From positions 16,528-80,527 of IMG/VR virus record IMGVR_UViG_3300042691_039521: DNA of 64,000 nucleotides. One strand, 5' to 3'. The notes beneath the pieces are model-generated. The model was not told where the DNA came from and made no database searches. It saw only the letters and a list, made by a program, of their open reading frames with translations. Shown here piece by piece: positions 10,034 to 19,791 of this stretch. Source of the stretch: a virus. Position numbers and translations under genes: made by a program. Numbering within the stretch: the stretch's first letter is position 1; every line of letters starts with the position of its first letter.

Positions 10034-10655
10034 TTATAAACAAGAATACGAACAATGGAAAGAAGATGGGGCGATTGTTACAAAAAGATCTGTACCAGAA
10101 GAGGTAAAATGGTTTCTTATTTTAGATTATGCAAAACGTTTTAATCTAGATACACTTATCGAAACTGGAACAGCAGTTGCTGATACGCTTATTCATGTGG
10201 GTCATCAGTTTGAAAATATTTATTCATTTGAGTTAATGGAAACTTATTGGACTGTTGCGAAGCAGAATTTACAAGAAGCAAAAATTGATGCACATGTATT
10301 TAATGAGTCTTCTGCTGGGCAGTCGTTTATAAACCTAGTTAAGACCATTGACCAACCAGCCCTATTCTATTTAGATGCACACTATTCTGGAGAGGGGACT
10401 GGTAGTGACCCTTCACTTTCCACACCACACGTTCCCGTCAGGCAGGAGCTTAAAGTTATAACAACACATTCTCCTTACAATAATAGAAATGTTATTATTG
10501 TTGATGATGCTCGTTGCTTTAAGGGACAAGAATTTCATTCTGATGAATATAGTGGATACCCATCCATGGAAGAACTGCAAGAAATTGTAAAAGGAACTCA
10601 TATTGTAACACGTCAAGCAGATGCTTTTGTATTAACACCTAAGGATGTATCATGA
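10026..10655 (+). CDS. SAM-dependent methyltransferase-fold protein (glycan-cluster type)
   Basis: LIETGT, YSFEL, LFYLDAHYSG..TG, IIVDDARCF. Confidence 0.75.
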   Translation: MSDYKQEYEQWKEDGAIVTKRSVPEEVKWFLILDYAKRFNLDTLIETGTAVADTLIHVGHQFENIYSFELMETYWTVAKQNLQEAKIDAHVFNESSAGQSFINLVKTIDQPALFYLDAHYSGEGTGSDPSLSTPHVPVRQELKVITTHSPYNNRNVIIVDDARCFKGQEFHSDEYSGYPSMEELQEIVKGTHIVTRQADAFVLTPKDVS

Positions 10656-11623
10656 ATATACTAGTTGCTGGAGCGGGTGGGTTTATTGGGGGTCATCTTG
10701 CTCGTAGATTACTTGCAGAAGGTCATGATGTATGTGGAGTTGATATCAAACCAGAGTGGGATTGGTATCAGCTTAATACAGATTATGAAGATAATTATAG
10801 AAGATTCTGCCTTGATCTTAGAGATTACGGAAATTGTATTGATGTAACTCGTTGGAGTGGAGCGGAACGAGTTTATAATCTAGCAGCAGACATGGGGGGC
10901 ATGGGCTTTATTGCAACTCACCGGGTTGATTGTATGCAATCTGCTCTGGTAACGATTAATATATTACGAGCAGCTGATCGGTTCGGAGTTGATCAGGTCT
11001 TCTATTCTTCATCTGCTTGTGTTTATAACGATAAACTACAGCAAGATACGGAGGTATCTCTTAAGGAGGATGATGCATGGCCAGCAGATCCAGAGCCAGG
11101 ATATGGTATGGAGAAACTTTTCGGAGAAGAAATTGCTAAATTCTATCGTGAAGAAACTGGTCTACGTACAGTGGTGGCTCGTTTCCACAACATTTTTGGT
11201 CCTAATGGCACCTTTGCTGGTGGTCGAGAAAAGGCTCCGGCTGCGATTTGTAGAAAGGTTATAGAAGCTAAGCTTAGTGGTAATTATGAGATTGAAATTT
11301 GGGGTGATGGAGAACAAACTAGATCATTCTTATATGTTGATGAGTGCTTAGAGGGTGTACAGAAAATGATTGATGCCGACGTTGATTTTCCGCTCAATCT
11401 CGGTAGTTCAGAGCTTGTTTCAATTAATGATCTTGTTTCCATGGTAGAAGATATTGCGGGAATTAAACTGCATCGAAACTATGATCTTTCAGCCCCTCAG
11501 GGCGTTCGTGGTCGAAATAGTGATAACACAAAAATTCAAGAAGTTCTAGGTTGGACTCCAACCGAATCTCTCTATTCTGGTTTAGAAAAAACATATGAGT
11601 GGATTTATAATAAGCTTATATGA
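10652..11623 (+). CDS. NAD-dependent epimerase, GDP-mannose 3,5-epimerase-like
   Basis: GAGGFIG, LAADMGGMGFI, SSACVY, YGMEK (YxxxK), RFHNIFGP, GGREKAPAAICRK, GVRGRNSDN: signature segments of GME. Confidence 0.88.
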   Translation: MNILVAGAGGFIGGHLARRLLAEGHDVCGVDIKPEWDWYQLNTDYEDNYRRFCLDLRDYGNCIDVTRWSGAERVYNLAADMGGMGFIATHRVDCMQSALVTINILRAADRFGVDQVFYSSSACVYNDKLQQDTEVSLKEDDAWPADPEPGYGMEKLFGEEIAKFYREETGLRTVVARFHNIFGPNGTFAGGREKAPAAICRKVIEAKLSGNYEIEIWGDGEQTRSFLYVDECLEGVQKMIDADVDFPLNLGSSELVSINDLVSMVEDIAGIKLHRNYDLSAPQGVRGRNSDNTKIQEVLGWTPTESLYSGLEKTYEWIYNKLI

Positions 11624-11631
11624 TGTTTTTT

Positions 11632-11650
11632 GTCGATAAACATAATAGAC
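11632..11650 (+). promoter_or_regulatory. Putative phage late promoter (CGATA-N7-TAG motif)
   Basis: GTCGATA-AACATAA-TAGAC upstream of the packaging operon. Confidence 0.65.
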
Positions 11651-11672
11651 GTTTACGAAAGGAAAACATAAA

Positions 11673-12347
11673 TTGCCACCCAAGGTCACTAATTTTAATA
11701 CCGGTGAAGAAGTAGACATTACAGAAATAGAGGAAATAGAACAATATAAAGGAGTTACGGTTAAGACCCCATCAGGGGCGGAAATCTCCTTGTTAACAGA
11801 TGATGAAGCTAGATTCTACAATCAAATAGCTAAACAATATCAAGAACATAATAAGTTTACAAATATTTCCGATCTATTAGAGCTAGATAGGGTTTTGAAT
11901 TTAGAAGTTTTATGTTTTCGTCAATCAACTTGGGCGTTGCTTGAGTCTGATTATGACGGTAAGCCTGTCTCCAAAGACTTGCAAAAGAACATAAAAGAGC
12001 TTTCAAGAGAGATTCGTGATATTAAAACAGGTCTTGGAATAGATAAAAAAACGAGAGACTTAGGCAAGGGCGATACGATTGCAGAAAAATGGGAAAATCT
12101 AAAGAGACGTGCTCTTGAGTTTGGGTATATGAGAAATGAACAACTCATTAAATCTCATACCAATTGGAAAGAGTTGGAAGCAAGAATAACTGCATACAAG
12201 AATTCAACCGATGTTGAAAGAACTCAATTTGATTTACATCTTGAAGATATTGTTGAATGGTTAGAGGAAAAGTTTGTAGAATTTAATGAGATAGATGAAG
12301 CGTTTAGAGAGAGTCAGGCTATGTGGATTAGGGAGTTTAAGGCTTGA
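11673..12347 (+). CDS. Possible terminase small subunit / packaging-associated protein
   Basis: Helical, charged 224 aa ORF heading the operon that contains the large terminase; call from position only. Confidence 0.4.
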   Translation: MPPKVTNFNTGEEVDITEIEEIEQYKGVTVKTPSGAEISLLTDDEARFYNQIAKQYQEHNKFTNISDLLELDRVLNLEVLCFRQSTWALLESDYDGKPVSKDLQKNIKELSREIRDIKTGLGIDKKTRDLGKGDTIAEKWENLKRRALEFGYMRNEQLIKSHTNWKELEARITAYKNSTDVERTQFDLHLEDIVEWLEEKFVEFNEIDEAFRESQAMWIREFKA

Positions 12348-12859
12348 GCAAGAAAAAAGAGTTACACGAAAAGATCATTTCTCTTAAAGAGAAAAAATTT
12401 CCTCAACTCCAAGAAATAGATTGGTCTGAAGTTTTAAGAAAAAATCCTGATGTTTTAGAGAATATTGTCGGAGACATTGTTAAAGTAGAGGGAGCGCGTA
12501 GAAAAGTTGAACGCTCTAAGGCTACTCGCAGGATTAGTGCTATCTATAACATTGATCACTCTGAGAGAGAGTTCAAAGAGTCTTTTTCGATTCTAACTGG
12601 CTCGGAAAGTCTTAGAAAAACAGCTTCTAAAATAGACGTTTCCCCAGCTTATGTTCATAACCTTAAGCTTGGGAAAGCACAACCAACATTGGAAATCATG
12701 GAAGCAATAGCCTATGCATATGATCGTCACCCATCATTTTTTCTTGAGTATAGAATTCATTATGTTTTAGAATCTATTTCTTCTTTTTTAGTAAAGAACC
12801 CAGAAACGGCTACTGCTTGGTTTTCTAAGGTAACAAACGGGATATCTCTTCATGATTGA
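12344..12859 (+). CDS. XRE-family HTH protein
   Basis: SLRKTASKIDVSPAYVHNLKLGKAQPTLEIMEAIAYAY. Confidence 0.7.
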   Translation: MSKKKELHEKIISLKEKKFPQLQEIDWSEVLRKNPDVLENIVGDIVKVEGARRKVERSKATRRISAIYNIDHSEREFKESFSILTGSESLRKTASKIDVSPAYVHNLKLGKAQPTLEIMEAIAYAYDRHPSFFLEYRIHYVLESISSFLVKNPETATAWFSKVTNGISLHD

Positions 12860-14474
12860 TTCAGATCTTACAGAGGAAGAGGCAATGTTGTTTGCTTTAC
12901 TTATGGATGAATCCGGTGTTGATCACATGGAATTTTTGTGGGCAGATAATACGAGTGACGACGGCTTGTTCAGAACTTGGCCAATCCAAATGGCTTGGTG
13001 GAGAACGCCGGGGCAAAAAATTCTTTCTGCTGGAAGTAGATCTATTGGAAAAAGTCTTTCAATTTTAGGAAGATCATTTTCATTTCCGTTCGTAGCGTCT
13101 GGTGAAGAAATGGTTATTACCGCTCCTGATGGCGATCGTTTGGGTGCTATTACCGATAAGGTTGAAACACTTTTTCTCAATAATGTCATAGCGGAAGCGA
13201 TGTTAGCTCCTGGTACCAGAGGAAGAATTAAACATAGACCATTTCATATTTCTTTTGCTAATGGCGCTCGTATTATGGGTCGTATCCCGCGACTTGACGG
13301 CACCGGCATTCAGGGTACTCACCCTTTGTGGTTAGAACATGACGAGGCCAGTACCTATCCGGAGAGAGGCTGGAAGGAAATTGTTGAAACTGTAAAGATT
13401 CAGAATCCCCGTGCCCGCTGGAGATGCCACGGTGTAACGATGGGTCCCGGTAACACTTTCGATGATAAGGTTTCTGGTAATGACCCAACTTGGATTGTTA
13501 AAAAACTTCCAGCTATGTATAGACCCAACTGGACAGAGAAGGAACGTCAAGATAAAATCATTGAATATGGTGGATATGAATCTTTGGATTATAAGCGCAA
13601 CATTCTTGGAACAGCAGAAGGTGCTGATAGTTCGCTTTTAGTTCTATCTCGTTTGATGGCCAATACAGATATTGACGAATTAAGCGAATTTAATGTATCT
13701 GAATATTATAGTGTCTCTGTTACAGACGCTCTTCTTGCAGAGGCAGATGATATTTTAGAACTTGTTGATCCACCTATTTCTCATACTGAGTATAAGAAAG
13801 TATGGATGGGAATGGATTATGGCTTAACAACTTCTCTATCTTGTATTTTAGTTTTTACTGAAGTGCAATTACCGGGTGAAAAGTTTGGTAGATTGAAGCT
13901 TGTTTCTAGAATCATGATGTCAAAGATTCCCACTGAGCAACAGGTAAGAGTCATCAAGCATTTAATGTCTATCTACCGACCTATAGCAATAGCCTTCGAT
14001 GCTCACGGCGTTGGGCAGCCAGCTTATGAATGGCTACAGAAAGAGGTTCGTGAAGATTCATCTATTTCATGGATGCTTGATAGAGTTAAGGGATACTCAT
14101 TTTCTGAGAATATAGTTGTTGATTTCGATGAGAAAGTTGATATCAACACTGATATAAAAGAGGATTGGAAAAGAGCGGTTATTACTAGAAAGACTAGTGA
14201 TGCTTCATTAGATATACTTAGACTAGTTGTCGACACTGGCCGAATATGGCTACCTTATGACAAGGAATTGATTGGTGAGCTTCAGTCAATTCCAAGAAAA
14301 GAATTAATGACATTAGACGAATATGGTAAACCTCGCAGAAAAAAGGGTCAACATATGCTTGACGCCTTTAGGTTTGCTTTATTAGCCTGGAAGCAACAGC
14401 CAATAGAAGAGGTTGTTAGCAAGTATGAAAACTCATGGGAACCCCCTTCAATGATCATTATGGATTATTTATGA
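12852..14474 (+). CDS. terL: Terminase large subunit
   Basis: Walker A GSRSIGKS, Walker B LEHDEA, RNase H-like nuclease WMGMDYG, FDAHGVG, HMLDAFRF. Confidence 0.85.
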   Translation: MIDSDLTEEEAMLFALLMDESGVDHMEFLWADNTSDDGLFRTWPIQMAWWRTPGQKILSAGSRSIGKSLSILGRSFSFPFVASGEEMVITAPDGDRLGAITDKVETLFLNNVIAEAMLAPGTRGRIKHRPFHISFANGARIMGRIPRLDGTGIQGTHPLWLEHDEASTYPERGWKEIVETVKIQNPRARWRCHGVTMGPGNTFDDKVSGNDPTWIVKKLPAMYRPNWTEKERQDKIIEYGGYESLDYKRNILGTAEGADSSLLVLSRLMANTDIDELSEFNVSEYYSVSVTDALLAEADDILELVDPPISHTEYKKVWMGMDYGLTTSLSCILVFTEVQLPGEKFGRLKLVSRIMMSKIPTEQQVRVIKHLMSIYRPIAIAFDAHGVGQPAYEWLQKEVREDSSISWMLDRVKGYSFSENIVVDFDEKVDINTDIKEDWKRAVITRKTSDASLDILRLVVDTGRIWLPYDKELIGELQSIPRKELMTLDEYGKPRRKKGQHMLDAFRFALLAWKQQPIEEVVSKYENSWEPPSMIIMDYL

Positions 14475-14511
14475 TCACAGTAGACGTAATATTAGGAGAA
14501 AGGCAGTTAAT

Positions 14512-14805
14512 TTGACTTCAGATGAGGTTCTTGGACAATGGCGACCAGAAATACTTGGTTATCTAAAAGAAATGTATACCTTTAAAGATGAAACAGATTC
14601 AAGAGAAATACTCAGGACTCTCTCAGCATTCTCTGCTAGAGCATCTTGGATGAGAAACCTTGCTATTCGTTCATCACAGAATGATATTATTCGTTTTAGG
14701 CTAGATGAACTTGATCCATTTCTAGATGAGGTTGAAAGACAATTTAAGATATATAGCCGTCTAATCTCGGCTAACCAATTTGAATTAGATCTTACCACAA
14801 AGTGA
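14512..14805 (+). CDS. Hypothetical protein
   Basis: 97 aa ORF between terminase and portal, with RBS. Confidence 0.65.
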   Translation: MTSDEVLGQWRPEILGYLKEMYTFKDETDSREILRTLSAFSARASWMRNLAIRSSQNDIIRFRLDELDPFLDEVERQFKIYSRLISANQFELDLTTK

Positions 14806-14811
14806 GGATAG

Positions 14812-16509
14812 ATGACTAACGTTGATACTGGAATTTTAGAAGAACTCGGAGATGAGTCCGAGGTTCTATGGATTAATGAAACCGATGTTGAGAATAGACT
14901 GATAGCAGAAGCCGTTCGTGAACAGGTTCCAGAATTAGCGTATCTAACCAGAAGCCTGAATCAATGGACTAACGATTACTCTGGAAAGTCACGACCCGGT
15001 GGCCTATTCAGTCAGAATAAATATGTTGCTCCAGATAATATCTTCGATGAATTTAGATTAGCAGCAGAAGCTGCTCGTAACGATGATATTGTTTCAAATG
15101 CTGTAGAAACTACAGAGCAATTAGCGTTTAAAAGAATTATGGTTGAGTCACAGAATGATGATGAAACAACTATTTGGGCACAAATCAAAGATGATCTTAA
15201 CTTAGAAACCAGAATGAGAGAAATTTGGCGTGAGCTTTTCGTCGTTTCGCAGTGCTATGTCGCTGTGTTATGGGATAGAAAAGATTATAGAGTTAAAGGA
15301 TTCACTGAATCTGGTAAAAAATCTAAAAAAGTATATAGAAACCTTTTGGTTCCAAAAGGCATCACTTTGTTAGATCCATGTAAAGTTTTTCCTGTTGGTA
15401 ATTTCATGTTTAATCAGGAAGAATTAGTTTATATTGCTGATGAGAGTGAAGCAAGATTATTCCACGAGACACTTGCTGGCCTGAATAGCTCCGATCTTAT
15501 TGTTAAACAATTATTTTTGAAACCATATAAGGCTTCACCAGCTTTTATTTCGCAAATGCAGAACCTTACAGGTCAATATGCTTTAGCTGATAGATTGTTC
15601 CTACTTAATCCAGAGAATGTTTGGCGCATTACCTCTACTCGTCCTCAATACCAGATGTTTGCTGATGTCCGTATGCGATCGGTTTTTGAACTTCTTGATA
15701 TGAAGCATAATCTGAGAGAGATGGATCGTGCGGACATTCTTGGCAATCTTAACGCTATTATTTTAGTTAAGAAGGGTTCAAAGGAACGCCCAGCAACCCA
15801 GAACGAATTACAGCAAGCCTCTGCTCAGGTACAGAACTCTGCCCGTATTCCCATTATTGTTTCTGACGATCGTATGGAAATTGAGATTATCACAAGAAAG
15901 ACAGATAATACTCTTCGTCCAGAAAGATACAATAACCTTGATTCTAGAATTACCTCTAGATTATTCCAGATTCTTTCAACCGGTGCATATTCATCAGGTA
16001 CGGCACTTGATAATTCGACAGGACTCTTTAAGGTTATTGCAGCCTCCATGGAAGCGCGAAGAGATAATATTCGACAGGCTCTCATGGATAATATCTTTGA
16101 TAAGATATACGAGCGTAATGATCAGATCCTTGATGAACCCGTGATGAACTTCTACCCAAGAAGAATCGCTTTGGAGTTTGACCCTCACTTTGCACAATAC
16201 GTTTACGACCTGTTTATTCAGGGACAGATTTCTCATGAGACTGCTCTCGCTGAAATTGATATTACTCTATCTGAGGAAGCAGCGAAGAAACGTAAAGAAG
16301 AAGAGTTGTATGATGATATCTTTGATCCACCTAGACCACCTGGAGCGGCCGGTGGTGGTACCGGCGATCAGAAAACTGACGGAAGAACCGGTGGTGGCAA
16401 TAATAATGGTGGAGGAACTAATCAGGAATCATTTAACTCTAATCCAAGAAGTGGTTCTCCTAATGAAGAGGAAACAGCCGAAGCCGAAGAGGAAACAGCC
16501 GAAAATTAA
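14812..16509 (+). CDS. Portal protein
   Basis: Follows terminase; 565 aa; portal-like layout (DDIVSNAVE..., ISHETAL near the end) with low-complexity Gly/acidic tail. Confidence 0.75.
   Translation: MTNVDTGILEELGDESEVLWINETDVENRLIAEAVREQVPELAYLTRSLNQWTNDYSGKSRPGGLFSQNKYVAPDNIFDEFRLAAEAARNDDIVSNAVETTEQLAFKRIMVESQNDDETTIWAQIKDDLNLETRMREIWRELFVVSQCYVAVLWDRKDYRVKGFTESGKKSKKVYRNLLVPKGITLLDPCKVFPVGNFMFNQEELVYIADESEARLFHETLAGLNSSDLIVKQLFLKPYKASPAFISQMQNLTGQYALADRLFLLNPENVWRITSTRPQYQMFADVRMRSVFELLDMKHNLREMDRADILGNLNAIILVKKGSKERPATQNELQQASAQVQNSARIPIIVSDDRMEIEIITRKTDNTLRPERYNNLDSRITSRLFQILSTGAYSSGTALDNSTGLFKVIAASMEARRDNIRQALMDNIFDKIYERNDQILDEPVMNFYPRRIALEFDPHFAQYVYDLFIQGQISHETALAEIDITLSEEAAKKRKEEELYDDIFDPPRPPGAAGGGTGDQKTDGRTGGGNNNGGGTNQESFNSNPRSGSPNEEETAEAEEETAEN
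16465..16503 (+). repeat. 18-bp direct repeat in the portal C-terminus (EEETAE x2)
   Basis: GAAGAGGAAACAGCCGAA at 16465-16482 and 16486-16503. Confidence 0.8.
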
Positions 16510-16539
16510 TATAGAAGCATTAGAAAGGATGGTTGCTGC

Positions 16540-17310
16540 ATGACTATTTTAACGGAGGGTGAGAAGTCTTTCTTTTTGACTACCCCTGCAATTCTCATTG
16601 ATGAATCTAAAGACGTAGCTTCCAACTGGGCTTCTGATCATATTAAGCCGAATCCAGCCTTGAAGTGGGTTCTTGGTAAATATGTTGAAGCTGATAACGC
16701 TAACTCTAATGGTCAATATTGGACTCTTGATGATTTGCGTATCTCAAGTCCTACAATTAATCATTCACCAATGAACATAGATCATCATTCGAATGAAATT
16801 GTTGGAACATGGGTGGCCTCAGAACTTCTATATCCTACCGAAGATAAGTCTAATATTACAAATCCTTACGTTGAAGTTCTTGGTGTCTTCTGGAAAGCTT
16901 ATTTTCCAGAGATGCTAGATAAAGTTCAGGAAGCATTTGATTCTGGTACTCTCCATATTTCGATGGAATGTGTTGGTGAAACGGTTACCTGTGTCGGAAC
17001 AGATAACGCTTGTGGGCAAACTTTTGAGTATGCTGGATCTTTCAGTGATACTTACTGTGAGCATATTCAGAATCGTGAATCATATCGACAAATCAATAAA
17101 CCACACTTCCTTGGTGGAGCATTAATTGTTCCACCAAACCGTCCCGGTTGGAAAGATGCTTCGGTGAATGAAATAGCTAATCTAACAACCGATGAAGATG
17201 CTGATGCAATGATTAAAGAAATTGCACAAGGTTCTCCAGAAGGCTCCCCAGAAGAATGGGAAGCCATTATGTGGGAAATACAATTACGGAAATTCACTCA
17301 GATAAGTTAA
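16540..17310 (+). CDS. Prohead (capsid maturation) protease
   Basis: NSNG, PMNIDH, VG, ISMEC (catalytic Ser), FLGGALI..P.RPGW; lies between portal and scaffold. Confidence 0.7.
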   Translation: MTILTEGEKSFFLTTPAILIDESKDVASNWASDHIKPNPALKWVLGKYVEADNANSNGQYWTLDDLRISSPTINHSPMNIDHHSNEIVGTWVASELLYPTEDKSNITNPYVEVLGVFWKAYFPEMLDKVQEAFDSGTLHISMECVGETVTCVGTDNACGQTFEYAGSFSDTYCEHIQNRESYRQINKPHFLGGALIVPPNRPGWKDASVNEIANLTTDEDADAMIKEIAQGSPEGSPEEWEAIMWEIQLRKFTQIS

Positions 17311-17345
17311 TGTTTTTCAAAAAAATACTCTTATTTTTGTAAAGT

Positions 17346-17364
17346 GCCGATAATTTTTGTAGAC
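17346..17364 (+). promoter_or_regulatory. Putative phage late promoter
   Basis: GCCGATA-ATTTTTG-TAGAC upstream of the scaffold/capsid operon. Confidence 0.7.
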
Positions 17365-17383
17365 GTAGAAAGGGGTTTAATTC

Positions 17384-18127
17384 ATGGATGAATTAAAGAA
17401 ACTACATGATGAACATCTAGCGAACAAACCCGACTCTATGTCGGACGAGGACTATGCCTCAGTTATTGAGCAGCATAAAACCAATTGTCCATTTTGTAAT
17501 GATCAAGCGATTTCCGATAACGATCCCGAAGAAGGGGGTGACATGGATACATTTACTCAAGAAGAATTAGATGCCGCTGTAGAAGCAGCCGTTGCCCCTA
17601 TTCAAGCTGAGCTTAAGGGTCTTAAAGATTCTGCTGCTGAGTCAGAGGTAGACACCCGTGTTGCTGAGGCTAAGGCTGAAGCAGACGAGCGTGTGGCTGA
17701 ACTACAGGCCCAATTAGAAGCAGCGGTTCTTGAAGCCCAAACGGCTAAAGATGAACTAGCTAATCTAAACTCTTACCTAGAGTCAGAAAAAGAAGCTGCC
17801 GAGCTAGCAGAACTTTACGAAGCTGTTAAGGCTGATCGTAAGGCAAAGATTGCTGAAGTAGCAAATTTCCCAGAAGACTTCCTAGAAGCAAATCTAGACC
17901 GTTGGTGCGCGGAAGATGAAGAATCTTTTGCTGCTCGCCTAGAAGAGTGGAAAATTTCTTCAAGCAAGAAAGAAGAAGTTGTAGAAGAAGCAAGCCTCAG
18001 CAATGAAGCTATCCGCTCTACTGCAATGAATTCCGTAAGACCTGTAGAGACAGAAGCGAAGATCAAGGGTGACCTTGCTAATCTATTCGCTGCTGGCACT
18101 GCTGGTTATGATATTAAGAAACTATAA
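17384..18127 (+). CDS. Capsid scaffolding protein
   Basis: Acidic, Ala/Glu-rich coiled coil with FTQEELD motif, upstream of the capsid genes. Confidence 0.75.
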   Translation: MDELKKLHDEHLANKPDSMSDEDYASVIEQHKTNCPFCNDQAISDNDPEEGGDMDTFTQEELDAAVEAAVAPIQAELKGLKDSAAESEVDTRVAEAKAEADERVAELQAQLEAAVLEAQTAKDELANLNSYLESEKEAAELAELYEAVKADRKAKIAEVANFPEDFLEANLDRWCAEDEESFAARLEEWKISSSKKEEVVEEASLSNEAIRSTAMNSVRPVETEAKIKGDLANLFAAGTAGYDIKKL

Positions 18128-18141
18128 GAAAGGGGTAACAC

Positions 18142-18711
18142 ATGAATACTCGTAATTTTCAGTTCCGTGTATCTCCCCTAGATGGCGAGCGGGGAAGCCG
18201 CTTTGTTCTAGATTCTGAGTCCGATGCTCTACCACAGGGCGTTCCAGTAGTAGCAACCGGCGAGTTCGACGCTACTGGTCGTGCTATTGTAGAACTAGCT
18301 ACCGATGACGGTGGCAACCTTGACAAGCCTAAGGCTGGTCAAGGTGGGATTCTTGTTTACGAACAATTCCGCTACGATGGGACAGATACTGCTATTACCA
18401 CATACTCTGACATGGACACAGTTCCTGCTGGCCGTGGTGTTCAAGTTGTAACCGGTGAAAACCGTGTGAAGGTTGCATACAAGACCACTGATGCTACAGC
18501 GTTCTACAACCGTGCAAACTACCCAACTGCTCGTGTAATGGTTGCTGGCGCAGGCGCCACTCCTACCGTTGCAGTAGGTGACTACCTAACCCCAGGCACC
18601 GGCTCTGATGTTGCTGGCTACTGGAAAGAAACTTCAGATGCAGCCGAAGCTTGGTTAGTTGTAACATCCGTCGATTCAAACGGCTGGGTTGAAGCCGTTC
18701 TAAACTTCTGA
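18142..18711 (+). CDS. Capsid decoration / cement protein
   Basis: Gly-rich beta protein directly before the major capsid gene; VAVGDYLTPG. Confidence 0.6.
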   Translation: MNTRNFQFRVSPLDGERGSRFVLDSESDALPQGVPVVATGEFDATGRAIVELATDDGGNLDKPKAGQGGILVYEQFRYDGTDTAITTYSDMDTVPAGRGVQVVTGENRVKVAYKTTDATAFYNRANYPTARVMVAGAGATPTVAVGDYLTPGTGSDVAGYWKETSDAAEAWLVVTSVDSNGWVEAVLNF

Positions 18712-18725
18712 GAGGGGGTCAACAA

Positions 18726-19664
18726 ATGAGTACACTATTTTCTAAAACAGATCCTCTAGTAGAAGAAATGAAGGCTATTAAGGCTCGCGTTAATGAAGAA
18801 GCAGCAGCAAAATTCTATGATGACAAATGGCGTCGTGATGTTGCTCAGGAAATCACTGATGGTATCGAACAAGGTTTCGAAACTAACAACATCATTGACC
18901 TCTTCAGCGAAACCCTTAACCTAGAACTAGATGGTCGATTCGTAATCGAAGAACTTCGTGGTCTACAAGCCTTCTGGCATGGCCGTGGTGGTTACATTGA
19001 GGAAAGCGATCTATGGAAAGATGCATACGAAATTCTACCTGACACAATTGGCTTCCACGTCACTCAGTCAGAAGATCGTCTTCGTACAAACTTTGCTGAA
19101 ACCGCTGAAACCCTAGTTCGTCTAGGTACCAAGCGTGTTATCGCTGAAATCAACAATCGTGTTCTAGCCGTATATCAGGCAGCTATTCAGTCTGGTGACG
19201 ACTCCTACATTGGGGCTGGCTCCCTTTCTCTAGCGAACCTTAACTCCGCTCTAGCGGGTGTTCGGGACGCTTCAGAAAACTCCAACCCAGTAATCATTGG
19301 TCGTTCAACAATGACCGAGAAGATCATTGATCTTCTTACCGTAGGTAACACTTACCAGATGTTTACCCCCGAAACCAACGAGAGCATTCTCGCCACTGGT
19401 GTTCGCGGTGTCTACCGTGGCGCTCAGGTTATCACTCTAAACAATTACACTGATGCTGATGGAAATTCAACTTTCCCAGCGAATGAAATCTTTGTTCTTG
19501 ATAGAAGTGCTGGCAAGACCGCTTTCTTCGGTGGTCCTCAGTTCAAGGAATACCTTGAGCCTAACAACTGGAACTGGCACTACATTGCACGTTGGGATGT
19601 CGCTTCGACTCTCATCTACAAGGATCGTGTCCGTCGTATCGTTGTTGGTGACGTAGCTCCTTGA
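18726..19664 (+). CDS. Major capsid protein (HK97 fold)
   Basis: 312 aa; strong RBS; biased high-expression codon usage; followed by a strong terminator; position in the head operon. Confidence 0.8.
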   Translation: MSTLFSKTDPLVEEMKAIKARVNEEAAAKFYDDKWRRDVAQEITDGIEQGFETNNIIDLFSETLNLELDGRFVIEELRGLQAFWHGRGGYIEESDLWKDAYEILPDTIGFHVTQSEDRLRTNFAETAETLVRLGTKRVIAEINNRVLAVYQAAIQSGDDSYIGAGSLSLANLNSALAGVRDASENSNPVIIGRSTMTEKIIDLLTVGNTYQMFTPETNESILATGVRGVYRGAQVITLNNYTDADGNSTFPANEIFVLDRSAGKTAFFGGPQFKEYLEPNNWNWHYIARWDVASTLIYKDRVRRIVVGDVAP

Positions 19665-19690
19665 TAAGCTTTTAACCTAAGGTTCTAATT

Positions 19691-19726
19691 AAGCCGCCTT
19701 GCTCATATTGGCAGGGCGGCTTTTTT
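19691..19726 (+). terminator. Rho-independent terminator after the capsid gene
   Basis: AAGCCGCCTTGC-loop-GCAGGGCGGCTT followed by a T tract. Confidence 0.9.
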
Positions 19727-19745
19727 AGTTCTTTTCTTTATATCA

Positions 19746-19764
19746 TCCGATGTATATTATAGGA
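19746..19764 (+). promoter_or_regulatory. Putative phage late promoter
   Basis: TCCGATG-TATATTA-TAGGA. Confidence 0.6.
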
Positions 19765-19791
19765 ATCGTTTTTATACAAAGGAGAAAAGAT

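Noticed and set aside
5727-11623. GT cluster as a DNA hypermodification or serotype-conversion locus
   Set aside because: Not excluded but disfavoured: no hydroxymethylase, TET/JBP or aGPT-Pplase gene and no GtrA/GtrB/GT-C membrane components are visible in this window
14483-14500. GACGTAATATTAGGAG as another late promoter
   Set aside because: Spacing to TAG is 3 nt rather than 7, and the TAGGAG may simply be part of the RBS region
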